Part shown: piece after piece, positions 40,506 to 50,163 of the stretch
How positions within the stretch are numbered: position 1 is the stretch's first letter
Layout of the letters: each line of letters starts with the position of its first letter
Notes under the pieces: generated by a model
The model's input: the letters and a program-made list of their open reading frames with translations, nothing else
What the model was told of the DNA's origin: nothing
Databases searched by the model: none
Made by a program: the position numbers and the translations under genes
Assembly (NCBI GenBank): GCA_027046625.1
Contig: JALTXX010000016.1
Location: 1 to 64,000 of the forward strand
DNA: 64,000 nt
Origin: Candidatus Micrarchaeota archaeon
GTDB taxonomy: Archaea > Iainarchaeota > Iainarchaeia > JAADDC01
Direction: 5' to 3'

Positions 40506-42043
40506 ACTCTCACCAGATACACACCCACACCCATTGCAAGTAGTATGAGGAAGATGGAGAGTGGTTGTAGAAGGATGGTGGTGCCTATACTTGCCCATAG
40601 GGAGAGAATAAGGACTAAAATGAGAAGGGATAGAAGAGCAGACTTGTAGGAAGTGTCTTTGTATTTCATGTATCGCATTCTGAACTCAAGAAATCTTGAG
40701 ATGCGCTCTCTTATTTCGAGTAGTAGTTTTGATATAGGGTAAAGAAGTAGCACAAGCATTATGAGGGAAAGTACCTTGTTATCCTTCTCTATTGACCAGA
40801 AGAATAGGTAGATGATGGCTATAAGAGCCAATATATATGGTATTGTGCTCTTTCCCTCCCTTGGGATATATAAGGGCACATAGGGAGTGTCTGGAAGAGG
40901 AAGATACTTTCTGAACACCTTTACAACGGTGACTTCTTTCTTCCACAAGATGTTTGAAAGGATGTTTGTAATTACAATAGCCACAAACACAGCTCCCATG
41001 ATCTCCTCAGAACGAGGAATGCCTACACTTGCTGCAACTGCTGCAAAGAACAGCGAAAACTCACCTAGGGGAAGATCTAACATAAAGAAGCGAGCAGCAG
41101 ACCTAATGGAATTACCCAGAAGCGGCATTACCGAAGAGGCAGAAAGTACAGCAACTAGCTGAGCTATAGACAGTAATAAACCCAGTAGGATACTTTCAAA
41201 GGTGAAAAGTGGGGAATATAGAAAGCCTATAGATGTGAAGAACACTATTACAAAGAGTCGTTTGAGGGGTTCTAAGTCTCTCTCTATACGGGGAACAGCT
41301 GTAAGCTCTGATATGGACATGCCTGCAAAAAACGCACCAAGGGTTGGTGGTATCCCAAGGAGAGAGAATCCATAGGAAAACACTACCAATGCCCCCACGG
41401 AGAATACTACTAATGTCTCTGGCTTAATATACCTGCCAGCAAGATGAAATAACAGGCGGGATATGTATATACCCACTGTAAGGAGGAGAATTAACACCAT
41501 TGATGTATGGAGTACCGCTGTAAGGATATCCTCACCTCTGCTGAGTAACAGGGTAATAAAGATAACGGAGAAAATGTCCTCCAATATAAGCATTGATAGC
41601 GCAGTTCTAGCCTCCACAGAGTGCTGCATACGCCTCTCTAGGATGGTGTTCGAGATGATTCCTGTGGAACTCACGGCTGTGGCCGCCCCTGCAACTATGG
41701 ATGTTTCCATAGGAAACCCAAGAAGGGTAGCTCCTATAAACCCAAGAAGAAAACCCACACCACTTTTTATAGGTGATAATACAATAGCTTGTACACCAAA
41801 TTGAAGGAATTTTCTGACATTAAACTCCATACCTATGTAAAATAGCAACATTGCGATGCCAAGTTCTGCAAACAGGGATATAAGTTCCCTCCCCTCCGGA
41901 TACATCATGCCCAGGAAGTACCCTGCGGATGCGTATCCCAATACACCTGGCAGCCCCACTCTCTCAAAAAGAGATCCTAAGATTACCGCAACAAATACCA
42001 CTATACCCAGCTGGAGTAGTAACGTATTTTCTGGAGTAGCCAC
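40484..42043 (-). CDS. Cation:proton antiporter (CPA2/Kef-like)
   Basis: SST, LILED, GAFFAG, GEFS. Confidence 0.9.
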   Translation of the reverse strand: MATPENTLLLQLGIVVFVAVILGSLFERVGLPGVLGYASAGYFLGMMYPEGRELISLFAELGIAMLLFYIGMEFNVRKFLQFGVQAIVLSPIKSGVGFLLGFIGATLLGFPMETSIVAGAATAVSSTGIISNTILERRMQHSVEARTALSMLILEDIFSVIFITLLLSRGEDILTAVLHTSMVLILLLTVGIYISRLLFHLAGRYIKPETLVVFSVGALVVFSYGFSLLGIPPTLGAFFAGMSISELTAVPRIERDLEPLKRLFVIVFFTSIGFLYSPLFTFESILLGLLLSIAQLVAVLSASSVMPLLGNSIRSAARFFMLDLPLGEFSLFFAAVAASVGIPRSEEIMGAVFVAIVITNILSNILWKKEVTVVKVFRKYLPLPDTPYVPLYIPREGKSTIPYILALIAIIYLFFWSIEKDNKVLSLIMLVLLLYPISKLLLEIRERISRFLEFRMRYMKYKDTSYKSALLSLLILVLILSLWASIGTTILLQPLSIFLILLAMGVGVYLVRVWSGKER

Positions 42044-42633
42044 TATATGATGGGATTTAGAGACTTTAAGAGGTTTTCATAGAAGCGTTGAAGCCTTTGC
42101 TGATTTTTTACCATTTTCCAATTAGCGATGTTTACCATCTTTGAAAGAGTGGCATCCTCCAGAACTCTTTCCCCCTCCCAAACTACAGGAACCGCCATGT
42201 ATTCTATGTTTCTAAGCTCTATGTGGTAAATGCCCTCTCTGAAACTCTGAACACCAGCCACCTTAATTCCCGACTCTCGTGCAATGGAGAGAATGCGCTT
42301 GGCAGATTCGAGATCCTTTGAAGCTAGATGAAGGATGAAGGGTTCGACCTTAAACCACAAAAACATACCCTCGAAGGAGGATACCTTATCCAAGACCTCC
42401 TCTACCATTACGGGTCTGTGCCACTTCCCCACAAATGAGGACGGCTCTTTTCTCTCATACAAGTCGGTAGCTAGTAATACTACCCTTCCTGAGCAAGAAG
42501 AGGTGGTAACAAACTCTTCTTTGTTGTTTATAACATTTAAAACAGGTATAATAGGTACGTCTACAGCCTCTTCCTTCAAAGCCTCTTCCAGTTTTCTCAA
42601 ATGCTTTCTCCGATAGGTTTTCCAAATATCCAT
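42043..42633 (-). CDS. taw3: Wyosine methyltransferase Taw3/TYW3
   Basis: VD..I, TTSSCSGR, KWH, ILH. Confidence 0.92.
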   Translation of the reverse strand: MDIWKTYRRKHLRKLEEALKEEAVDVPIIPVLNVINNKEEFVTTSSCSGRVVLLATDLYERKEPSSFVGKWHRPVMVEEVLDKVSSFEGMFLWFKVEPFILHLASKDLESAKRILSIARESGIKVAGVQSFREGIYHIELRNIEYMAVPVVWEGERVLEDATLSKMVNIANWKMVKNQQRLQRFYENLLKSLNPII

Positions 42634-42682
42634 GAAAGAAGAGGCTCCATGCATTTTAAATCTTCGTGTATCATTTTTTCCC

Positions 42683-42982
42683 ATGGGAAAGGTTACCTAT
42701 GTAACGTGCATATACTGTGGAAGGAGGGTTCCCCGAGATTCTGCTGTACCTGTTTACAAAACCCCATCCTGGTTGTCAGCTCTTGACAACACCCAAGAGA
42801 TCACCTTTGTGGGTTGGGGAGCGGAGAAGGTCTATGTTTGTATTTCCTGTGCCAAACATAGAGGAATATCATTTGAGGGATGGAGGGTAAAGATAGTAAG
42901 GGAGGACAGAAAGGTTAGAGAGCAGAAAAGAAAGAAGGCTTTGGGAAAGAAAAAGAAATCAGCTAACTCTGTAAAGAATTAG
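42683..42982 (+). CDS. rps26e: 30S ribosomal protein S26e (eS26)
   Basis: VTCIYCGRRVPRDSA...YVCISCAKHRGI. Confidence 0.85.
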   Translation: MGKVTYVTCIYCGRRVPRDSAVPVYKTPSWLSALDNTQEITFVGWGAEKVYVCISCAKHRGISFEGWRVKIVREDRKVREQKRKKALGKKKKSANSVKN

Positions 42983-45319
42983 ATAACCAGTAGGAGACAC
43001 ATACACAGGTTTCACTCTTTCGTTCCCTCCCTTCCATAGAAGGAACATAAAGCTCCGATTCATCTTTTCTGTGACCAATACTAGCCTGTCCTCTATTTTG
43101 TATACGCCGTATCCCTTGAATTTGGGCAGCTCCTCAAAGGGTAGGGGTGCAAGAAATACAGAGGGAGCCCTTTCTATAATGTTTTTCTCCACAAAAATGG
43201 GGTTGATAGGATCGCCGCAGTTGTAGTAGTTATCATACAAGCCTGTGACGGGTTTGCAGGGCTGTGTTATGTAGAAGAGATAGTCGGGCGCAAGCTGGGA
43301 AGCAGCCCTAAATCCATAGGCATAGAGAAGGAATGCGTTGTATCCATAGATGTAATCTCTACTCCAAAGTATATAGTCATAGTTCTTTTCCTGTACCCTC
43401 CTTATCCCCTCCTCCCATGGGGACAAGAAAGTTTCTGCAACATACTGGTTAGCCTTGAACACGACATTTGTGTTATCTGTTGCAAGGTATCTCTCTGTGA
43501 AGAAGGCCAGCCAGTGCCCTAAACCCCACCAGTTAAATATGGCAGCATTCTTTTCTGTGTTCTTCTCTATAAACTCAAAGGTAGCCAAATAGTCAGGCCC
43601 CCTCATCCAGAACGTGTCTGAAGTGATAGGTGCAATAGTGAGGGCCTCTGCAGCCTCCTCCGGATAAAGGAGGGTAGGAACTCTACCAACTGTGTGGAAT
43701 ATGCCTGTTGCAAGGAGTGCAAACACTATTATAATATAAATAGTAAGGATCCATTCCTTCTTTCCTCTGTTCCAGAGATCTGCCAGCACAAGACCGGCTA
43801 CCAATCCCAGAGGAGCGCCAAAATAGTAGTTTGTCTTTAGTTTTATCCATGCAAGGTAGAGAGTGAGTCCGAATACGGCCAGAATAATAAGATATTCTGG
43901 TCTCCTTTTGTATATAAGGAAGGGAACAGCAAAGAGGGTAAATACTGCCAGAATAGAAAACTTAGGGGACCAGAAGAAGTACCCATATCTTTCCTCCACT
44001 ACTGTTGCACCAATAACGCCATACCTTTGCTCTAATAGGGGTACATTTCCTCCAAGGAAGTCTTCTATCCAGTTGTAACCGTTGTAGAAGACGGACAGTA
44101 ACCCCACCAAAAGCACAAGAACCGTTCCCCCGAGGAGATAGATCCACTCTCTTCTATCGTACCTTTTTGGAACCACAGTTGTTGCGGCGAATGATCCAAT
44201 CACCTGTGCAACAAATACCACAATTATACTGCCGAATATCATCTGATAAAGATCTACACCTGGGATGTTTCCTCCTACCTCTTTATACGCCTCTCCATAT
44301 CCAATTATCCTTTCCCTTCCATCCTCCAGTGTTACTGTCATTTTGAACCCAGCGGTTGCACTTACCATGTAAAAGGGTATGGCAAGGAGGAGAGATGCCA
44401 AAGAGAAGTAAAACCACTTCTTTTCCTTTGTTATAAGGTGTAGTGTCAAAAAGTATGCCATGAGACCCATCAGTACAGGAATGAGGGGATGGGTTCCCAG
44501 TACAAGGAGGGTGGCAGCTCCCACGCTATTTATATCTGTTGATAAGGTACCCACACTCTCAAGAGTGTTCACCGCTGTTCCTATGGCTAGTGAACGGAAT
44601 AGTAGCCACACAACAATGGCTCCTATCGCTGTAAGGATAGCCCCTATGGTGGGTGTGATGGGAAATCTACTACCTATCTGAAGCGCTATCTCTCTTGCAA
44701 TGAATAGACCTATTGAGAGTAGAAGGGTATAGACTACTAGTTCGTAGGCCTTCCAGGCCACTGCAACCCCTAACCACGATATGGAAGACAGTAGAAGGAA
44801 CTTCCAATCTCTTCTCCTGACACCTTCCACAAATAGGAACACTCCAAGTAAAAATAGAGCCAATCCTACTGCATCATCCTCATAAAAGCCCGCCATACTT
44901 CTATACACATACCCCGGGTTTGTGGCAGCCAACGTCCCGGAGAGTATACCTGCAAGGGGTCCACCAACGTAGAATGCAAGCAAAGCCATGGACAAGCTTC
45001 CGATTACACCAAAGAAGGTGGATAAATCCTTCAGCGCGATAAACCACTGTTCCCTATTGTACTCTTCACCAAATCGTATCTTGTAATACCATGCTGGTAG
45101 GTAGAAGGATAACTCCTTTGGAATAGGAGGGTGTTCAAAATTGTAAGAGTATAAAGGATCCCTTTCTGGTAATTCTCCATTGAGTAGCACATACTTTCCA
45201 TGGCGTGCAAACCAATAGGAATCTATACCAAAGATATTTTCCCAGTGATACAGAAAGGCTCTTGCACCTATTGCCATAAGGGATACCACTAGGACGAGGA
45301 TAACAAGGTCCCTCTTCAC
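42959..45319 (-). CDS. aglB: Oligosaccharyltransferase AglB/STT3 family
   Basis: DSYW, RSMAGFYEDD, TVVEE, NWWGLGHW (WWDxG variant), DN; multiple TMs. Confidence 0.85.
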   Translation of the reverse strand: MKRDLVILVLVVSLMAIGARAFLYHWENIFGIDSYWFARHGKYVLLNGELPERDPLYSYNFEHPPIPKELSFYLPAWYYKIRFGEEYNREQWFIALKDLSTFFGVIGSLSMALLAFYVGGPLAGILSGTLAATNPGYVYRSMAGFYEDDAVGLALFLLGVFLFVEGVRRRDWKFLLLSSISWLGVAVAWKAYELVVYTLLLSIGLFIAREIALQIGSRFPITPTIGAILTAIGAIVVWLLFRSLAIGTAVNTLESVGTLSTDINSVGAATLLVLGTHPLIPVLMGLMAYFLTLHLITKEKKWFYFSLASLLLAIPFYMVSATAGFKMTVTLEDGRERIIGYGEAYKEVGGNIPGVDLYQMIFGSIIVVFVAQVIGSFAATTVVPKRYDRREWIYLLGGTVLVLLVGLLSVFYNGYNWIEDFLGGNVPLLEQRYGVIGATVVEERYGYFFWSPKFSILAVFTLFAVPFLIYKRRPEYLIILAVFGLTLYLAWIKLKTNYYFGAPLGLVAGLVLADLWNRGKKEWILTIYIIIVFALLATGIFHTVGRVPTLLYPEEAAEALTIAPITSDTFWMRGPDYLATFEFIEKNTEKNAAIFNWWGLGHWLAFFTERYLATDNTNVVFKANQYVAETFLSPWEEGIRRVQEKNYDYILWSRDYIYGYNAFLLYAYGFRAASQLAPDYLFYITQPCKPVTGLYDNYYNCGDPINPIFVEKNIIERAPSVFLAPLPFEELPKFKGYGVYKIEDRLVLVTEKMNRSFMFLLWKGGNERVKPVYVSPTGYLILYRVS

Positions 45320-45364
45320 CTCAATATTAGGCTTGGGATGATGTTAAAAGGGTTGTGTAGTGAA

Positions 45365-45439
<75 letters not shown>

Positions 45440-45506
45440 TCCATATGGGGGTTTAGACTCTATCACCCCATGCTGGTGGGACCTTTTGATCCCTATCTAC
45501 CATATG
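45440..45506 (-). ncRNA. Candidate structured RNA or long leader 5' of tRNA-Val
   Basis: Hairpins GGGAUC/GGUCCC and AUGGGG/CCCCAU; flanked by CCATATG repeats; lies between a TATA box and the tRNA. Confidence 0.4.
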
Positions 45507-45546
45507 CTGAAGGTAAGGTTAAAAAGTAGGCCTCCCAATTTATGAG

Positions 45547-46140
45547 GTGTTTATCGTAATAGAGGGAATAGACGGCTCCGGTAAAACCACACAGGCCCAG
45601 CTTCTTTATGCCTATCTTCTTAAAAAGGGCTATAAGGTTCACCTGACAGCAGAGCCCAGCCCCCACGTTACTGGAAATGCACTAAAACTTCTTTTAAGAA
45701 GCAAAGAAAAACTGCCAAAAGGAGTTTTGCTCCTTTCCTTCTTGGCAGACAGAATAACTCACACGGAGAATACCATTAAGCCCCTTTTGAAGGAAGGATA
45801 CATTGTAATATCGGATAGATACCATCCATCTACCCTTGCGTACCAACGGGTAGAGGGATTTGAAGAGAGAGATATAAACACAGTACTAAAGGTGCTAGGC
45901 GCATCCCTTCCCATTCCGGATGTGGTGATTTACATAGATGTATCCCCTGAAGTGGCCATGGAGAGGATGCGAAGAAGGAGTAGCAGGGCAATATATGAGG
46001 AACTAGAATTCCTTAGACAGGTTAGGGAGCGATACCTTTCTATGAAGGATATAGTGGTAGTTAATGGAGAAAGAGACCCTATAACTATCCATAAGGAAGT
46101 GGTAAGCATCGTAGAGAAGTTGTTATCCTCCGATAGGTGA
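45547..46140 (+). CDS. tmk: Thymidylate kinase
   Basis: EGIDGSGKTT, DRY, STLAYQ. Confidence 0.95.
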   Translation: MFIVIEGIDGSGKTTQAQLLYAYLLKKGYKVHLTAEPSPHVTGNALKLLLRSKEKLPKGVLLLSFLADRITHTENTIKPLLKEGYIVISDRYHPSTLAYQRVEGFEERDINTVLKVLGASLPIPDVVIYIDVSPEVAMERMRRRSSRAIYEELEFLRQVRERYLSMKDIVVVNGERDPITIHKEVVSIVEKLLSSDR

Positions 46141-46647
46141 AACCCTTACCTTGTAGTGACCCGGCATCTTCATGGCGGCCCTTCGCATAGCCTCTCTCAC
46201 AACATTCTCATACCTTTTATAACTTACTACCTCAAACATGATCTTCCCTGGGTAAACCTGTGCTGCCCTCCCTATAGGTTTTCCAAAGGCCATTCTCATA
46301 CCTTTCTGTAATCTATCAGCTCCAGCACCCGTTATTTGCTTGTTCTCTCTTAGAACATGGTGAGGATATGCCCTCACCCTTATGAAGAAGTTTTTGGGTA
46401 TCTTTTTCTCCAAATATTTAATTATGGATAACCTTGCAGCCTCTATGGCATTATCCCTTACCTGAACAGCATCCTGGGCTATGAGAGTATAGACAGTGTC
46501 AAAATCCTCCTTCATCTCCCCTTGCACGAACTTTCTTATCTTTGGAACAGGATTTGCACCAATGTAATTCTTCTCTGGCACTTTTACTGCTACTCTTGTA
46601 TAGGGTCTCTCTATCTCTCTGTAGCATCGCGCAGGTCTCAGTCCCAT
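46123..46647 (-). CDS. rpl10e: 50S ribosomal protein L10e/uL16
   Basis: RPARCYR, YPHHVLRENK, GADRLQKGM..AFGKP. Confidence 0.97.
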   Translation of the reverse strand: MGLRPARCYREIERPYTRVAVKVPEKNYIGANPVPKIRKFVQGEMKEDFDTVYTLIAQDAVQVRDNAIEAARLSIIKYLEKKIPKNFFIRVRAYPHHVLRENKQITGAGADRLQKGMRMAFGKPIGRAAQVYPGKIMFEVVSYKRYENVVREAMRRAAMKMPGHYKVRVSPIGG

Positions 46648-46727
46648 GCCACTATGATGGAATGTGAGATTTAAAAAGTGCTCGGCCTTAGCAACGCTTA
46701 AATATGCAGAGTACCTAACTCAACATA

Positions 46728-48020
46728 ATGAGAGCCATCCTTCTGCTCCTTCTTTTGCCCTTCGCCTTTTCCAAGGTTGGTATATATGCAAAAGATTTTT
46801 CCGTAACTTGTTATAGATATAGCGACGATGTAAGATCTCTAAATCCAGAAACGCCGAATATTTTGGTGTCCTATCTGAGAGATGGAGGATTTGATGTGGA
46901 GCTCTTCTACTCTACGGAGGATATTGGAAAGTATGACGGAATAATAGTACTTGGATGTACATCTATGGATCCAAAGGATGTAGAGAGATTTCTATCCTTT
47001 GAAGGAAGGTTGGTGGTGGATGCTAGGGATGACAATCCTCTTTCTTCTGCGCTAGGTGTAAAGAGGAAGAGTTATCCCCTTGAGGGGACGGATACAAGCT
47101 CCTTCAGAGACGTATATGTGAACATTACAAATGGGATCCTTCTAAAGCACGTTATAAAGGGAGGCCCGCTTGTAGGGTATGAAAGGATGTATTATGTTGG
47201 CAATCCCATATTCCTTCCTTCAAGATTTAAAAGCGGGTTCTTGACCCCAACGGGAGAGGATGTGTTAGGAATAGACGATAACGTGGTGGTGACAGGATGT
47301 TTTTACTGTTCAGACCCGCTTCTGCTATATAACTTGGTGGACTGGGTAGAGGACGGGAAGATAGACTTCCCCAGCTTTTACATTGAGAGGGAGATAACCC
47401 CCTCCTTGGTGAGGGTAGGGGGTACCTTTGTGGACATTGTAAGGGTTAGGTCTCCCAAGGAGATGGAAGTGAGGGGAGAATACATATACGGTGAGGGCGG
47501 CGGGCAGTTCTGCAACTTTACACCCATAAATACAGAGTTTTCCGGTCCGGAAATAACAGGAAGAGAGTACGAAGTAGAAGCAAGGTTTATTTACAGGCCG
47601 GAAGAGCCCGTGTACTGCTATCTTCCTCCTGTAGTACTTGATCTTCTATGGAAAGCTTATAAGAGAACCGTAATACTTGATGCTATACCTGTAACAGTAT
47701 CTTCTACTACTGTAGCGTTACCAGAAAGACCCCTAGACTGGATATACGTTTTGATTCCTCTAATTCTACTTATACTACTCTCTCCCTTCCTCTATAAACA
47801 GCTAAAAATAAGGAGGCTAAAGAAGCGATGGATTCAGTTAAAGAGGCTTATAGACAAGACAAACCAGCGTTATATGGCAAGGAAGATATCTAAAGAGGTG
47901 TATGAAGAGCTTATAACGGAGTATACGAAGGAGCTTCAGCTTGTTGAAGGAGCGCTCACCGAGCTTGGCGTAGATATAACCACCCTAGAACGATCACACC
48001 GCCCACAAGGAGAACGATAA
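46728..48020 (+). CDS. Secreted protein with C-terminal TM and cytoplasmic helical tail
   Basis: Signal peptide, alpha/beta domain, Ig-like segment, TM. Confidence 0.7.
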   Translation: MRAILLLLLLPFAFSKVGIYAKDFSVTCYRYSDDVRSLNPETPNILVSYLRDGGFDVELFYSTEDIGKYDGIIVLGCTSMDPKDVERFLSFEGRLVVDARDDNPLSSALGVKRKSYPLEGTDTSSFRDVYVNITNGILLKHVIKGGPLVGYERMYYVGNPIFLPSRFKSGFLTPTGEDVLGIDDNVVVTGCFYCSDPLLLYNLVDWVEDGKIDFPSFYIEREITPSLVRVGGTFVDIVRVRSPKEMEVRGEYIYGEGGGQFCNFTPINTEFSGPEITGREYEVEARFIYRPEEPVYCYLPPVVLDLLWKAYKRTVILDAIPVTVSSTTVALPERPLDWIYVLIPLILLILLSPFLYKQLKIRRLKKRWIQLKRLIDKTNQRYMARKISKEVYEELITEYTKELQLVEGALTELGVDITTLERSHRPQGER

Positions 48021-48846
48021 AGTATAGCGGGATACCCTCTTCACTTCCATATACTGTGGTGCTTGATTTTGTAGAACACTCCCCAGATCTTACCTCTACT
48101 GTGATCTCCACAGGGAAGGATTCCACCCTTGATATTATTTCAAACAGTTTGGAATCCTTGGTGTATCGCACCTCCACGTTGTTACCATTTAGTGTAGCCA
48201 CAACGTTGGAGGGGACGACCCTTTTACCATCTAGGAGCACCTCAAAGGTGTGTATTATGTATGTATCTCCTCCTTCCCTTAGCTGCTTGGTGGAAAGGTG
48301 GTTGATCTCCAGATTGCAGGATGAGAGTTTTACTATGGGAGAAGAGAGGGATGGGGAGCCCCTTCTTACCCTATAGCTGAGATAACCTCTCCCGTCCTTT
48401 ACAGTAACAAACCATGCAACGGTAGGATCAAACTCCAATACCATTTTATCCTCCGAGAGTATCTCGTCCGCATCCTCTACCATCTCCTTGGGAAACTCCT
48501 CTATCACAAGGTAATTTCCATCCTCCCCCTCTATAGTAATGGATACGCTTTTTCCATTGATTGTCTTTGACCAGTTATTCCCCTTGATGACATCGTAATC
48601 TACTGTTACAAGCTTGTTATCCAGGGAAGTAAACACAACCCTAAGCTTATCTCCTGCATCAATATCTGCACAACACACATACTTCCCATTTTTGTATTCA
48701 CAGGTTGCCAGTGCGGTGCTATCATCTGACATGAAAGTGGCGTAATTCTTTACATTTGGGAGTCTATCTACGCAGATTGTGTTTGCGAATGATGTGGTAG
48801 ACAGTACGAGCAGGAACACCAGTGGATAAAGCAATGGACGCCACAT
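47956..48846 (-). CDS. Secreted, C-terminally anchored hypothetical protein
   Basis: Signal peptide, paired Cys, C-terminal TM; start uncertain. Confidence 0.65.
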   Translation of the reverse strand: MWRPLLYPLVFLLVLSTTSFANTICVDRLPNVKNYATFMSDDSTALATCEYKNGKYVCCADIDAGDKLRVVFTSLDNKLVTVDYDVIKGNNWSKTINGKSVSITIEGEDGNYLVIEEFPKEMVEDADEILSEDKMVLEFDPTVAWFVTVKDGRGYLSYRVRRGSPSLSSPIVKLSSCNLEINHLSTKQLREGGDTYIIHTFEVLLDGKRVVPSNVVATLNGNNVEVRYTKDSKLFEIISRVESFPVEITVEVRSGECSTKSSTTVYGSEEGIPLYFIVLLVGGVIVLGWLYLRQAR

Positions 48847-49138
48847 CTTCTCCAGAAACATATTTGTGCAGGATGATTTTAATGGTTTCCTCAGAATGCT
48901 TTGGAGGTCTTCCCCTCCCCCTCCCGCTCTCCACCACCCTGATGCCCACACTTTCCAAAGCCCTTATTACGGAGGGATCGGATATATGTTTAATACTCTT
49001 TGGAACTACTATGCGCTTTAAGGAGGGCATGCGAAGCAGTATGTTTGTTACAAGCTTTTTGGAAAGCCGAATGGATATGTAAACACTATCATCGTCCTTT
49101 AATTTTTCCACATCACTTATTCTTCTCACTTTTTGCAT
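48764..49138 (-). CDS. DUF1699-like protein with C-terminal HTH
   Basis: P.LK.I..PKS, GRGRPPK, HTH VPARTVYH. Confidence 0.7.
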   Translation of the reverse strand: MQKVRRISDVEKLKDDDSVYISIRLSKKLVTNILLRMPSLKRIVVPKSIKHISDPSVIRALESVGIRVVESGRGRGRPPKHSEETIKIILHKYVSGEDVASIALSTGVPARTVYHIIRKHNLRR

Positions 49139-50120
49139 TTTTCAATGCCTCCAAGAACCTTTCAGCTTTGCTCCCCCCTTTACACATATCCTTCAAGAGG
49201 GAGTGTGCAAGATCCCTTGTGTATAGAGAACGTCCCAATCCCTCAATCTTTTTTAACGTGCTTAGGATACGTTCTCTTTTGCATTCATCATCCCTAATAT
49301 AGGATTCTATCTGGTCTACTGATGTGACACCTCTCAAGGGCCTTTTTGGATAGTAGGGAGGGAAGTACGTGAAGTATTTAACAAGAAACCGGGATATTTC
49401 CCTAGCTACCCTATCTGATAGAATATGGTACGCCCTGAACCTCTTGCTCCTAACCTCCTTTAGTACGGCGGGATCTATTTCTCCCTCCTTTGTAAGAAAT
49501 CCTTCCTCCTCTAACCTTTGTAAAAGCATCCACATGATTTCTTCGTTTCTATATATGTTGTCAATGCCAAAGGAGAGTACAATGTTTACGTATCTCTGGG
49601 CCCTCTCCGATAACGTGGGTAGCTTAACCTCTTCAAGGGACTTTGCCAGACCTATATATGTAACTATGAGGTGAGTTGATCTAGGTAGCTTCTTTTTGTG
49701 CATAAAATCTGTAAACACCATGAAAGCGGCACCATTCTTTACAACCTTCATATAGGAGCCATCGTAGGGCAGAAATGGGATGTAATCCGTTAATATGTTA
49801 TCTTCTAGGGAGTATAGAGCCAGTTTGTTGGCATGATAAGCTACTGTAGCCCTCTCGAGGGTCCACTTCTTGATATTTATAGAGTATATATATCTTTTCA
49901 ACGCATTTATAGCCTCGAAGAGTTCCTCATCTTCCAGTTCTTCCATACCAGGAAGGAGCTTCCTAAGAGAAAGAGCAGGTGTGCGAAAGCCTTGCCTATG
50001 CATCTCTGATATGAACTCTTTGAGCCTTTTTACCCTTTTTCTTAGCGTGTTTACATCCCTTGTCTCATCATAGGCATCAAGCTCTTCATTTACCTGTGCT
50101 ACAAGTTCTCCCACGTCCAC
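49113..50120 (-). CDS. DUF530-like protein
   Basis: ELVAQVN..LD, GF.TP, LPYDGSY; adjacent to topo VI. Confidence 0.65.
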   Translation of the reverse strand: MDVGELVAQVNEELDAYDETRDVNTLRKRVKRLKEFISEMHRQGFRTPALSLRKLLPGMEELEDEELFEAINALKRYIYSINIKKWTLERATVAYHANKLALYSLEDNILTDYIPFLPYDGSYMKVVKNGAAFMVFTDFMHKKKLPRSTHLIVTYIGLAKSLEEVKLPTLSERAQRYVNIVLSFGIDNIYRNEEIMWMLLQRLEEEGFLTKEGEIDPAVLKEVRSKRFRAYHILSDRVAREISRFLVKYFTYFPPYYPKRPLRGVTSVDQIESYIRDDECKRERILSTLKKIEGLGRSLYTRDLAHSLLKDMCKGGSKAERFLEALKNAKSEKNK

Positions 50121-50163
50121 ATTACTATGGTACTACGCTGCTAATATAAGCATATCTGAAAAA

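Noticed and set aside
45440-45510. Canonical box C/D sRNA upstream of tRNA-Val
   Set aside because: No RUGAUGA/CUGA pair on either strand, only a degenerate GUGAUAG.
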